From positions 1 to 52,115 of the IMG/VR virus record IMGVR_UViG_3300034175_000039: 52,115 bases of DNA; one strand, given 5' to 3'. This document shows, one piece after another, positions 9,987 through 18,957 of this stretch (positions are counted from its first letter, which is position 1; each line of letters starts with the position of its first letter). The notes beneath the pieces were generated by a model. The model was not told the origin of the DNA and ran no database searches. It saw nothing but the letters and a program-made list of their open reading frames with translations. Origin of the DNA: a virus (taxonomy: Duplodnaviria > Caudoviricetes). The translations under genes were made by a program, and so were the position numbers.

Positions 9987-10671
9987 CCGCTTGACAATCG
10001 CCGGTTTGCAAAGGTTCTTGGGCGTTGCCGACGATGACGTGTTTGGACCGCGCACGATGAACGCGATGTTCGCAAAGCTATCGAACAAGAAAGCGCCCGC
10101 ACTGACCAAGGCGGATTTCATGGTTGCGGCAACGCGGCTTGGCGTCCCGGTCGGTCACATTCGCGGCGTCCGTAAGATCGAAGCGCCACGCGGCCCATAC
10201 GATGATGATGGCCGTCCATCCATCCTTTATGAGCGTCACAAGTTTCGCAACAACACCGTCCCCAAAGGGCGGTTCAACAGCACGCATCCGGCCCTGTCCG
10301 GCCCGCCGTATGGACCGGGCGGCTACGGCGCGTTTGGGGCGCAGTACGGCAAGCTAGCGGCGGCATGCGCTCTTGATCCCGAAGCGGCCTTTCGGGCGTG
10401 CTCATGGGGCGCATTTCAGGTGCTAGGCGAGAACGCGGTGGCGCTTGGCTATGCGTCGGCGGTGGACATGGCGCTAACGCTCGTCACGGGCGAAGCGGCG
10501 CACCTTGAAACGTTCGTCCGATACGTCGAAACGAACAATTTGATCGATAAATTTCGTGCTTGCCGACCAAACGACGCCAAATCGTGTCAACCGTTTGTTG
10601 CGGGCTATAACGGACCCGGTTACAAGACCTTCAAATATGATACGAAGCTAGCAGCGGCGATTGCTGGTTAG
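9979..10671 (+). CDS. Endolysin, N-acetylmuramidase (DUF3380-type) with a short N-terminal peptidoglycan-binding segment
   Basis: ILYERHKF, SWGAFQVLGEN, LGYAS and YNGPGY motifs; N-terminal LQRFLGV..D.VFGPRT. Confidence 0.88.
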   Translation: MTDRLTIAGLQRFLGVADDDVFGPRTMNAMFAKLSNKKAPALTKADFMVAATRLGVPVGHIRGVRKIEAPRGPYDDDGRPSILYERHKFRNNTVPKGRFNSTHPALSGPPYGPGGYGAFGAQYGKLAAACALDPEAAFRACSWGAFQVLGENAVALGYASAVDMALTLVTGEAAHLETFVRYVETNNLIDKFRACRPNDAKSCQPFVAGYNGPGYKTFKYDTKLAAAIAG

Positions 10672-10693
10672 CTAGGTCAGCGGAGCGCCGGGC

Positions 10694-11134
10694 ATGAAAG
10701 AATTGACAGATATCTTTCAAACATTCACGCCCGGCGCTTATGGTATTTGGACGGGCGTCCTTATGTTTGTTGGTTGGTGGTTAAAAGAATGGCGCGAAAC
10801 CCGTAAGCTTTCTTTGGATGACCGCAACGCCCGTCGTGAGGGTTACGCCAAACAAGTGACGATGTTGATGGCCGAAAATCGCGCGCTTGGTGTGGACCTC
10901 GCGACGCTGCGTTTACAACATGATCAATACCGTCAAGCGCATGTCGCCGAAGCGGAACAGCTTCGCCATGACATCGTCCGGCTTGAAGATCGCATCACCG
11001 GTTTTCGTCGCACGTTCGCACAACTTGAAATCTCGCTGTCGCGGTTCATTGCACGTCTGGCGCTTGGGGAACCGCCGACACCCGAAAGCATCGCGACGTT
11101 GACCGCGATCTTGGACAAGGTGAAGGCGGACTAG
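10694..11134 (+). CDS. Lysis-module membrane protein (one TM plus coiled coil; holin/antiholin-like)
   Basis: N-terminal hydrophobic helix followed by a heptad-rich region; lies between endolysin and spanins. Confidence 0.5.
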   Translation: MKELTDIFQTFTPGAYGIWTGVLMFVGWWLKEWRETRKLSLDDRNARREGYAKQVTMLMAENRALGVDLATLRLQHDQYRQAHVAEAEQLRHDIVRLEDRITGFRRTFAQLEISLSRFIARLALGEPPTPESIATLTAILDKVKAD

Positions 11135-11135
11135 G

Positions 11136-11501
11136 ATGGCCGGTGTTCCAAACCCTGATCGCTTTCGTAACGCTCTTGCGTTTGCATTGATCATCGCGTT
11201 TATCGCAATGGTCCCGATGTTTTTATTCAAGCCTCTGCCGACCGAAAACAAAGAAATCATCGTTTACATGGTCGGTCAGCTAAGCGGTATGGCAACGACC
11301 GCTCTTGGCTTTTACTTCGTCACCAAAGCCGGTCAAGATGCGCTTGATACCAAGCGCGCGGACAATACCGGAAAACTCGCCGATGCGGTTGTTGCAGCCG
11401 CCAATGCGACGCCGGGCAATGACGGCGCTGTCAAAGCCGCCGACGAAGTTGCCGATGCGGCGGTTGATCGTGCTGACCAAATTAAAGGAGAACAAAGATG
11501 A
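11136..11501 (+). CDS. Putative holin (two TM segments)
   Basis: Two hydrophobic segments ending GFYF; lysis cassette position. Confidence 0.6.
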   Translation: MAGVPNPDRFRNALAFALIIAFIAMVPMFLFKPLPTENKEIIVYMVGQLSGMATTALGFYFVTKAGQDALDTKRADNTGKLADAVVAAANATPGNDGAVKAADEVADAAVDRADQIKGEQR

Positions 11502-11866
11502 TTCCATTATTTCTGATCAAGCTTGTTGGTGAACGCGCCGCAAAGCCGGTGTTCTTCGCGTTCATTGTTGCGTTCATTGCGGTCGTGTCCTTTACGCTCG
11601 CCAAATGCACGGGCGGCGATGACACGGCAGAACTTCAAGCCGAACAAACGACACGTTCCGGCGATGCAATCGCTAATGCAGCGGAAAACGCGGTTGAAGT
11701 AGTGACCAAAAGTGCCGCAACTGATCAGACAATCGACCGTTCCACCGCCGTCGCACAAAAGGAAATCGACAATGCGCAAACTCCCCTTGCTGTTCGTAAT
11801 GCTGTCCTTGACGGCGTGTGCAAGCAAAAAAGCCATCGTAACGATCCCGCCTGCGCGCTGCGCTGA
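11498..11866 (+). CDS. Rz: Inner-membrane spanin (Rz-like)
   Basis: N-terminal TM, helical periplasmic domain with C-terminal cysteines; overlapped by a lipoprotein gene. Confidence 0.75.
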   Translation: MIPLFLIKLVGERAAKPVFFAFIVAFIAVVSFTLAKCTGGDDTAELQAEQTTRSGDAIANAAENAVEVVTKSAATDQTIDRSTAVAQKEIDNAQTPLAVRNAVLDGVCKQKSHRNDPACALR

Positions 11867-12104
11867 TCTAATCCCCAAGCCATGGGCGGACGGAGTAGAA
11901 GCGACGCCGGTGCCCAACGACGCGCCGGTGACGCCTGGCGTGCCGCTGACCAACGCCGTCATCGCTGCGATCATCGGACCATGGGCGAGTGCTTATGTCG
12001 GCATGTCCGGTCAGCTTGAAAAGGCGAATGGTCGCACCGCCGATACCATCGGGATCGTCGCCACGTGCGAACGTATGGTTAACGAAGCCCGGCCGCGCGA
12101 TTAG
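11772..12104 (+). CDS. Rz1: Outer-membrane spanin lipoprotein (Rz1-like)
   Basis: MRKLPLLFVMLSLTAC with lipobox LTAC; Pro-rich; starts inside Rz in another frame. Confidence 0.8.
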   Translation: MRKLPLLFVMLSLTACASKKAIVTIPPARCADLIPKPWADGVEATPVPNDAPVTPGVPLTNAVIAAIIGPWASAYVGMSGQLEKANGRTADTIGIVATCERMVNEARPRD

Positions 12105-12120
12105 TGCGCGGGCCGGGCTA
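12087..12120. terminator. Hairpin between the convergent lysis and early genes
   Basis: AGCCCGGCCGCGC...GCGCGGGCCGGGCT inverted repeat; no clear U-tract. Confidence 0.5.
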
Positions 12121-12124
12121 GCGG

Positions 12125-12376
12125 CTAGTCGTTGTCATCGTCCGGCGCGTAACATTCGCCTTCGCAGTCCGCGTCACCACAATGCGCGCATTCGGTGTCC
12201 GAACGAATCGTTACGACTTCCGCGATATCAACCCACATGGGATCATCTTGACGGCTCACGGTTTGAACCTGAATGCCCCGATGACCGTCAAGGACAGATA
12301 AAACGACAAACGAACCGTCACGGTGCTTGAGCGTCAACGTGTCACCGTCGTTTATGTCATTATGTGTGAAAGGCAT
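12125..12376 (-). CDS. Hypothetical protein with Cys-rich C-terminus
   Basis: GGAG RBS and its own promoter; CAHCGDADCEGEC. Confidence 0.6.
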   Translation of the reverse strand: MPFTHNDINDGDTLTLKHRDGSFVVLSVLDGHRGIQVQTVSRQDDPMWVDIAEVVTIRSDTECAHCGDADCEGECYAPDDDND

Positions 12377-12406
12377 GTTCGTCGCTCCGTCATGGTCAAT
12401 GTGATT

Positions 12407-12435
12407 GGAATAACGGTCATAGCGATGGTTGTCAA
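12407..12435 (-). promoter_or_regulatory. Sigma70-like promoter, family copy A
   Basis: Minus strand TTGACA-accatcgctatgaccgt(17 nt)-TATTCC. Confidence 0.7.
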
Positions 12436-14471
12436 CCGATAATCAGTTTTTTCGCTTCCGCGATGTAATAATCATAATTCAGATTATCGAAACGAAATGA
12501 CCGCGCGTCATTGCATTCGGCAATCTGCCAACCGGCTTGAATGGCGGTCGTTACGTTGTCGTATTTGGTCTTTGCCTTGGTGCAAACTCGTTCATCCCAT
12601 TGACCATGGGTTTCCGCCATAACGCGGTCGTATTCAGCCTTGGTGACGCGCGGTGCGCGCTTCCACTGACCGATGGCGTGGCCAGCGGGCGGCGGGCTTA
12701 CCTTGACCATGGGAGCGCCGTTCAGCGCCACATAGTAACGCGTGGTGCTTTGGATCGGCACGCCGCCTAGATACAGCTTGGACGCCCGGTCCACCTTAGC
12801 GCGACACATGAAATCGAACGGGTCGCTGTGCGCCCGGATATAGGCGGCCGGATCGATACCGTGGATCATCGCGGCGTTGGCAGCACGAACCGATACGATG
12901 TTTCCAAGGTCTTTATACCAACATGGCGGTGATGCCTTGGAAATGCTTTCCGCATAGTTGAACGGGTCCGGGTGCCAATACGCGCCCTTTTGCTTATAGG
13001 ACGGCGGTTCGTTCTGACCGGGTGGCGTGACCGGCTCTGCGATGTAATTGTTTACGTCCCTAATCCACATACGGTTGTAATCGGCATCTTCCAACTTCAA
13101 GCAACTGAACGCTTCCCATTGTCGGCAAATCGCGGCAGCTTGCGGTTCGTGATCACGATGAATGCGATACGTGATGCCGTCCGTATTCGCTTGGATCAAC
13201 TGTATGGTTGGCACAGCTAGCAACCATTCCGCCAACATGCATATCAACAATTGCCCGTTGATCGGAATGGTCATCGCGTACTTGGGATCGTAAAAGATAC
13301 TGAACTTGTTGTTTGACTGCCCCCATGGTCCGTTATTGGCAAGCTTGTACGTTCCGTTCCATGTAGTGCCTTTTGGATACTCTTTACGCTTCGCCTTAAT
13401 TTGCGGATAGGCTAGGCGGAAAGCGTCACCAAGGTGTTCCGGTGCCAGTTGGTTAGCAATCGCGATGCTTGGATATAGCGCCTCAACATCAATATCGCGG
13501 ATGATCCAATCACCGGACGCAATAAACCGCTGCGACGTAACGGACGCATGAACGCCACCGGTGCCAAAATAGAAATCAAGCCCGCCAACGTTGGCGACTA
13601 GATCAGTGAACACGCCTTTGGTTTTAATAGGTGCGTCCGGATCATCCAAGTCGTCTGGCGTCAGCACTTGCTGTTTCATGAATTCTAGGACGCGTTGGAA
13701 TTCCGGGTTACTGAATTGTATGTATGGAAAGATGATATCTGCTAACGCGATGCGATAACGTGGCGATTGCCGCTTTACCTTACGTCCGGTGCTGCGATCA
13801 TAGCAGACGGCATCGCCTAGCAAATGTTCGAACATTTGCGCGCCAATTTTCACGTCGCTAAAATTCAACGCCTGAATGCCGAATTGTTCGATCAACTCTA
13901 TGCGCAAATTGATCGCGTCCATACTGCAAAACGCAAAGCGTTTCGTTTCCTGAACGTCATGACAATTGTACGGGATCAAATCTTGGTCAACTTGAAGTTG
14001 TGAAAGATTGGTGCCGAATTCAATTGGACTGTCCACAACGGTTGGTGAACGCATATTAATTTGCAAAGCCTTAAGACTTGTCATCTTGGCTTTGTTATCG
14101 AAATGATGGATTTTGAATAGATCGATTTGCGGCGCAAAACGGTCACGATCCCAAATGGTATGACCGAACTTGTCAACGCTGCGAAGAATGGTCATCGCTT
14201 TTTCGTATATCTGTTCGACGCTCGCGAGCGGATTGTGATATAAGAAATGGACAACCGGATAATCAAAGTGAAGGCTGTTGAAACCAATCATCGGGACTTG
14301 CGTTTGTTGAAGATAGTTAAACCATGTCATCAACATTTGACGATCATCGCGATAGTGCGAGATTTCCCACGTCGTCCGCGTGTCGCTGTGCAATAACTCC
14401 GCCGTCAACGTAAAGGCGTTGGGCAGTGTTTCAATGTCGTAAACTACCGCATGATGTAGCGATAAAGTCAC
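12432..14471 (-). CDS. DNA polymerase, family B-like, with 3'-5' exonuclease domain
   Basis: Exonuclease motifs YDIET, GFNSLHFD, YNCHDV; polymerase motifs DIDVEALYPS, KLANNGPWG, NTDG. Confidence 0.9.
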   Translation of the reverse strand: MTLSLHHAVVYDIETLPNAFTLTAELLHSDTRTTWEISHYRDDRQMLMTWFNYLQQTQVPMIGFNSLHFDYPVVHFLYHNPLASVEQIYEKAMTILRSVDKFGHTIWDRDRFAPQIDLFKIHHFDNKAKMTSLKALQINMRSPTVVDSPIEFGTNLSQLQVDQDLIPYNCHDVQETKRFAFCSMDAINLRIELIEQFGIQALNFSDVKIGAQMFEHLLGDAVCYDRSTGRKVKRQSPRYRIALADIIFPYIQFSNPEFQRVLEFMKQQVLTPDDLDDPDAPIKTKGVFTDLVANVGGLDFYFGTGGVHASVTSQRFIASGDWIIRDIDVEALYPSIAIANQLAPEHLGDAFRLAYPQIKAKRKEYPKGTTWNGTYKLANNGPWGQSNNKFSIFYDPKYAMTIPINGQLLICMLAEWLLAVPTIQLIQANTDGITYRIHRDHEPQAAAICRQWEAFSCLKLEDADYNRMWIRDVNNYIAEPVTPPGQNEPPSYKQKGAYWHPDPFNYAESISKASPPCWYKDLGNIVSVRAANAAMIHGIDPAAYIRAHSDPFDFMCRAKVDRASKLYLGGVPIQSTTRYYVALNGAPMVKVSPPPAGHAIGQWKRAPRVTKAEYDRVMAETHGQWDERVCTKAKTKYDNVTTAIQAGWQIAECNDARSFRFDNLNYDYYIAEAKKLIIG

Positions 14472-14486
14472 GCGGTAGTTTCCCGA

Positions 14487-14723
14487 TTAACGTTCGTTCG
14501 GCGACGTGCCATTTGCGGCGGCGAGGATCGCCGGGGCCAATTCCTTAAGGGGTGTGTTCGGCCTTTTGATAAATTCCGGTTCCGCGCCCTTCATGATCGC
14601 TTGCGCCAAAATCAAGCCGTTCGCCATGCCTTGCAGATAGTCGTCAGCAAGAGCGTTGCCAGGCTGGATCGCAACATTGGTCACATCGTCCAACGCCTTA
14701 AGCTTCGTTTCCATGTCAACCAT
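14487..14723 (-). CDS. Hypothetical protein
   Basis: GAGAGG RBS before the ATG at 14723; GN...YLQGMANGLILA. Confidence 0.6.
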   Translation of the reverse strand: MVDMETKLKALDDVTNVAIQPGNALADDYLQGMANGLILAQAIMKGAEPEFIKRPNTPLKELAPAILAAANGTSPNER

Positions 14724-14846
14724 GTCGTTCGATCCTCTCAATATGGAATGCAGTCGTCAAGATCGTCACCGAACACGCCGGTGACTTTGGTCCCGCCCAT
14801 TCGGCACGGTTCACCGTTAAGTGAACCGCACCGAATACAGGCGGTA

Positions 14847-15884
14847 TTATCGCGGGGGCATCATTCCCGGCATTCCCGGTTGCGTCGTCGGTGGTGCCAT
14901 CATGCCGGGCTGTGCGGCCAATGGGGCTGGCATCCCCGCGTTCGCGACGAAATCATGCGCGGGCGGCGGGAGCATCGCCGGTGGCGGCGCTATAGGCGCT
15001 GGCGTCCAAGCCGCGCCGTTCCACCACATTTCTGCGCCGGTCGTTGGATCGCGACCGACATGCGACGGGTCTGATGGGCGTTGCGGCCCGACCGGCGCTA
15101 CGGGCGGCGAAAGCATCGCCGGTGGTGCCATCATGGCGGGCTGTACGGCCATAGGCGGTTGACCGGGCTGCGCCATGCCCGGTTGAGCCATCATGCCCGG
15201 CTGTGCAGCCATGGGAGCCGCGCCAGCGCCCATGCCGGGCATACCGGGTGCGCCGGGCGCTTGGACCGGGGTTGCGCTCGCACCGGCTGGCAGTTGGTGC
15301 TGTGCGCCCTTGAAGATGGCCATGGGATCGATCGCACCTTGCGACTGAATTTCCGTCCCGTAACCGACGAATTCGATACCAAGCGGGTTGATATAAAGAC
15401 CGGGCGTGTGCGTCCGATCAACCGGTACGTTCGCCTTGATATTCAGACCGCACACAACGTAATCACCGCACTTGACCGCATCGCCGGGCAATTGGTCGTA
15501 CTTGCCACCGTTCAGCTTGAACAACGGCGGTGCCATCAATTCGCTACTGATAGCGAGAACGTAGCAACCGGCGTAACCTTCGCGAAGATTGAACGGCTTG
15601 CCTTGGTCATCGATACCGTCGCCATCCTGATACTTCCAAGAGAACTTGGGCGGCGTGCCATTGGGGAACACCGTTGCCGCCTCTTGCGCCATCGCTGGCC
15701 AAATGGCGGCTTGAAATTCCGCCTTGGGAAACGCAACGCCAAGTGACCACTGTTGCACCGGTTGACCGTCCTTTAGGACGACTTCATTTGCACCGGTTGA
15801 CGGGTTCTTGCGCGTCTTGTTCTTGCTCTTGGTCGGGTGCCCCCAAACGATGCGCCCAACCGGGGTTGCGATTTCAATTGCCAT
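14847..15884 (-). CDS. ssDNA-binding protein (DUF2815 / T7 gp2.5-like) with long Pro/Met/Ala-rich tail
   Basis: TPVGRIVWG, DGD, Y.GCYV and GLYINP...EFVGYG motifs; located between the Cas4-like nuclease and the polymerase. Confidence 0.75.
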   Translation of the reverse strand: MAIEIATPVGRIVWGHPTKSKNKTRKNPSTGANEVVLKDGQPVQQWSLGVAFPKAEFQAAIWPAMAQEAATVFPNGTPPKFSWKYQDGDGIDDQGKPFNLREGYAGCYVLAISSELMAPPLFKLNGGKYDQLPGDAVKCGDYVVCGLNIKANVPVDRTHTPGLYINPLGIEFVGYGTEIQSQGAIDPMAIFKGAQHQLPAGASATPVQAPGAPGMPGMGAGAAPMAAQPGMMAQPGMAQPGQPPMAVQPAMMAPPAMLSPPVAPVGPQRPSDPSHVGRDPTTGAEMWWNGAAWTPAPIAPPPAMLPPPAHDFVANAGMPAPLAAQPGMMAPPTTQPGMPGMMPPR

Positions 15885-15898
15885 TAGTGTAATCCTTT

Positions 15899-16984
15899 CT
15901 ACTTCTTCAACACACGTTTTGCACGTTGATCCGCTGTAACACGAATTAGCTTTATGCCGGTTTGTGGACGTTCGGTCAAAGCGTCCAAAACGGCTTGCGA
16001 TCCACCGCGCCGCTTGAATTCAGCCGGGGTTATATGCGAGGGTTTAACGCAATCGATCTTACTGGCCATAGTCAACAACCGCGCGTCAAGACCCGGTTTC
16101 CAACGCGTATTCGCGTATTGGTTTTCCATCGCGTAATTATCGATGACCGCGCCGTTGCGTAGCCGGTGCGCTGCCATTTCTTCTAAGGCGTTCAACTGCG
16201 CTTCAAGCGTTGCCTTGGCGGTTCGAACAACGTCTAGTTCGTACGATAAGGCCGCATCGGGCAATTGATCGTTAAACGCAATGGCAGTCGCATCAATAGC
16301 ATTCATGCGCGCTTTTGTTGCAGCGGGGCAAGATGCGAGCGCGTGGCACCGCCGACACCAACCAAGCCCGGTGCGCAATTCATCGGACGGATTGGTTAAC
16401 GTTGCGTTTATGCGAGCGTAAAGACCGATTAGCGTTGCGTAATCGATAGTCCAAGAGCGGTGTTTCCCGTCCGGGTGATGTGGGCGTGGTTGGTGGATTG
16501 TCATAACGATCATATCGGGTTGAACGCTACGCGTGATGCAATAGCCAATGGCATGCCATATCAGCGTCCAATGCATTTCAGGATCAACCAACGACCAACC
16601 GTATTTCAGGTCGTCCACTCGTAAGACGCTGTTACCGGGTTCGTCCGACGCGATATATTTGATGTGATCAGCCCGCCCGCCAACGCGCCATGCGTCCGTT
16701 CCAAAACTTGTATCAACTTGCATTTCGCCGCAATCTAACGCGGACAAATAGTTATCGACATGTTCCGCCATTTCGGCGGTCATATAGAAACCGTTGCAAG
16801 CTGGCGTGTTGATTAATGAGTGGATCGGAACGCCGTTGAATGCTTGCTGCGCCATCCAATCGGCGGCGGTGCCTTCGTTACGGGCCGTTGGATCAACATC
16901 AACAGCCGGGAAAGCTGGCGACATTAGACGACTTCCATTGCATTCCATTAACCGTGGCAAATTATCAGCAATGACCGTCAACAT
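15899..16984 (-). CDS. Cas4-like PD-(D/E)xK exonuclease (DUF2800-like)
   Basis: N-terminal CNGS, EGT, RAD...DLKYG, HQPR and C-terminal WCRRC..LASC cysteine cluster. Confidence 0.8.
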   Translation of the reverse strand: MLTVIADNLPRLMECNGSRLMSPAFPAVDVDPTARNEGTAADWMAQQAFNGVPIHSLINTPACNGFYMTAEMAEHVDNYLSALDCGEMQVDTSFGTDAWRVGGRADHIKYIASDEPGNSVLRVDDLKYGWSLVDPEMHWTLIWHAIGYCITRSVQPDMIVMTIHQPRPHHPDGKHRSWTIDYATLIGLYARINATLTNPSDELRTGLGWCRRCHALASCPAATKARMNAIDATAIAFNDQLPDAALSYELDVVRTAKATLEAQLNALEEMAAHRLRNGAVIDNYAMENQYANTRWKPGLDARLLTMASKIDCVKPSHITPAEFKRRGGSQAVLDALTERPQTGIKLIRVTADQRAKRVLKK

Positions 16985-16987
16985 ATG

Positions 16988-17022
16988 TCGCCAGCTTTCT
17001 AGTTAGTTAAGAGGCTGGCGAG
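16988..17022. terminator. Stem-loop between two leftward replication genes
   Basis: TCGCCAGCTTTCT...AGAGGCTGGCGA inverted repeat. Confidence 0.45.
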
Positions 17023-17820
17023 TTACCAACGACCATCGCGTTGCATCAACTGCGTCGCATACGTGATCATCGCCGGATTGGTTGCGATATCCGTAATTGC
17101 CGTCAGCGGTGCGACGCCTTGCGGCGCAAACGCGGTGCTGATTTCGTTGGTGATCGATGCGAGATAATCCGCATGCACCAACGGTGCGCCCGCGCCGTCA
17201 CGCTTCGTCATCTGACCGGACAAATGTTGCATGAACTGTGCGAAATCCAAAGCGCCGGTCGGCGCAGCGGGCGGCGGTGGCGGCGCGGGTTCAGGCACCG
17301 GCATAGGCGGTACAGGCATTGCGACCGGCTGCGCAACCGGCACGGGGATCGGCGGCGGGTTAAACGCAGTTGTGGCACCGTCCACCGGCAACGCCGTGGC
17401 GGCAGGTGCGACGGGCAAAGGGGGCGGCGTCATCGGTTGCATCGGCGGGATTGGCATTGCCACCGGCTGCGCAACCGGCGCGGGGATCGGCGGCGCAAGC
17501 GTCGCGCGCAATTGCGCTTCCACGGCACTGACCGTCGCTTCGTCCACGCCGCGACGCTTGCGCCACATACCGGCTTCGGTCGTCGCCTTCGTTTTCGCGT
17601 GAATGCGTTCATCCCACGGCAAACCGGATGCGTCGGTTGCGGGTGCGGCGGCATTCACGGGACCGGCGTCGTCGTCATCGCCACCGCCGTTTATGGGCAT
17701 TGCCGGCACCGGAACAGCGACGGGAACGGGCGACCGCGTGGTTGCGACGCCATCGGGAAGATTGGCTAGGACCATCGCAATTTGCGACGCGGAGCCTTTC
17801 AGCATCAATGTAATTTCCAT
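17023..17820 (-). CDS. Pro-rich replication-module protein
   Basis: GGAG RBS before the ATG at 17820; compact motif DASGLPWDERIH...WRKRRGVD followed by a Pro/Ala linker. Confidence 0.7.
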   Translation of the reverse strand: MEITLMLKGSASQIAMVLANLPDGVATTRSPVPVAVPVPAMPINGGGDDDDAGPVNAAAPATDASGLPWDERIHAKTKATTEAGMWRKRRGVDEATVSAVEAQLRATLAPPIPAPVAQPVAMPIPPMQPMTPPPLPVAPAATALPVDGATTAFNPPPIPVPVAQPVAMPVPPMPVPEPAPPPPPAAPTGALDFAQFMQHLSGQMTKRDGAGAPLVHADYLASITNEISTAFAPQGVAPLTAITDIATNPAMITYATQLMQRDGRW

Positions 17821-17929
17821 CGGTGTAATCTCCAAAGAGGCAGAAAATCTGCTATATTGCGATAACGAAGGGCTTGCGCGATGGCAATAGAAATTTTACA
17901 CCATGGTCAAATTAGGGGCTATCAGCATC

Positions 17930-18541
17930 ATGACAGATTACGTTATTCCTTGCGACGCGTTTGCCCGGCTATCGAATATCCTACGCGTGATCCCGGCTGA
18001 ATGTGACGATCATTTCCGCTCCATCCGCATCGATAATGGGGTGATTGTGTCATGTAATCGTACGGTCATGGCGGTCGAAAATATCGGTGCTGTCGCTGGC
18101 ATCATTCATATCATTGCGCATCCCGGTTTGATCGAACAATGCCGAAAAGAAGCACCGTTTGCGAGTACGCTAACGATCACGGTCAATGATGCTTTGAAAT
18201 TCGCAGTAGCCAAAACGACGCTTGGTTACGTTCATCCGGGCAATTGTTGCTTATGGTCCGACGCCGCTACCGATTTTGATCGGTGGCGTTCTATTGCAAT
18301 GGCGACGAAAGAGCCCGCCAAGGTTAATCGGGGCGGCATGTTTTGGGATACCGAACATATCACCAATTTAGCAGCGTCAAGCCCGTCCGGTCGTCTGGTG
18401 TTCGAAGAAACGATAGACGCGCAAGGGCGTCCGACCGTGGTGCGTGATATCAACGATTACAATTGGTTTGGTATCTTCAATCCGTATTCACTAGCGGATA
18501 ATTACAATCCGGCAACTCTGCCGACATGGATGACGGCATGA
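17930..18541 (+). CDS. Putative sliding-clamp-like processivity factor
   Basis: About 200 aa; FRSIRIDNGVIVSCNRTVM and FDRWRSI resemble beta-clamp segments; replication context. Confidence 0.5.
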   Translation: MTDYVIPCDAFARLSNILRVIPAECDDHFRSIRIDNGVIVSCNRTVMAVENIGAVAGIIHIIAHPGLIEQCRKEAPFASTLTITVNDALKFAVAKTTLGYVHPGNCCLWSDAATDFDRWRSIAMATKEPAKVNRGGMFWDTEHITNLAASSPSGRLVFEETIDAQGRPTVVRDINDYNWFGIFNPYSLADNYNPATLPTWMTA

Positions 18542-18957
18542 CCCCGGTTGTATGCAGAATAAAACATGATCCCGAAAACGCCGTTTATGCGGATTGTGTT
18601 CGCGCTTGTATCGCATCGGTGATGGATATGGATGCGGGTGATGTTCCGCATTTTTATCACGACAATTGCGATGGCTTGACCGGATTTGGTCGGATTAATG
18701 AGTTTCTAGCACCGTTCGGACTTGCGGCATTTAGCGTGGCGTATGATGGTGCCTATTCAATGGATGACGTACTAGCGTTGATGGGAGAACAAAACGCCGC
18801 AACGGTTTATCTGTTATTCGGTCAAACCGCGTACGGTGATCATGTGGTGGTATGTCGCGGCGGCGAATGCATCCATGACCCGGCGTGGTTCCGTTCGCCG
18901 TTGTTCAAAGCGGCGCAGGCTGGTTATTGGATCGTTATGGTGTTGGCTAAGTGTTAA
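18538..18957 (+). CDS. Putative papain-fold (C39-like) cysteine peptidase
   Basis: DCVRACIAS ... DHVVV ... IHDP gives a Cys-His-Asp order and spacing like C39-type peptidases. Confidence 0.5.
   Translation: MTPVVCRIKHDPENAVYADCVRACIASVMDMDAGDVPHFYHDNCDGLTGFGRINEFLAPFGLAAFSVAYDGAYSMDDVLALMGEQNAATVYLLFGQTAYGDHVVVCRGGECIHDPAWFRSPLFKAAQAGYWIVMVLAKC

Noticed and set aside
15899-16984. Cas4-like gene as evidence of a CRISPR system
   Set aside because: Stand-alone Cas4-like nucleases next to SSB and polymerase are a normal phage replication-module component.
15081-17769. Long plus-strand ORFs (15081-15746, 17041-17769, 17231-17602)
   Set aside because: They are antisense shadows of GC-rich, Pro/Ala-rich minus-strand genes and have no RBS or recognisable motifs.
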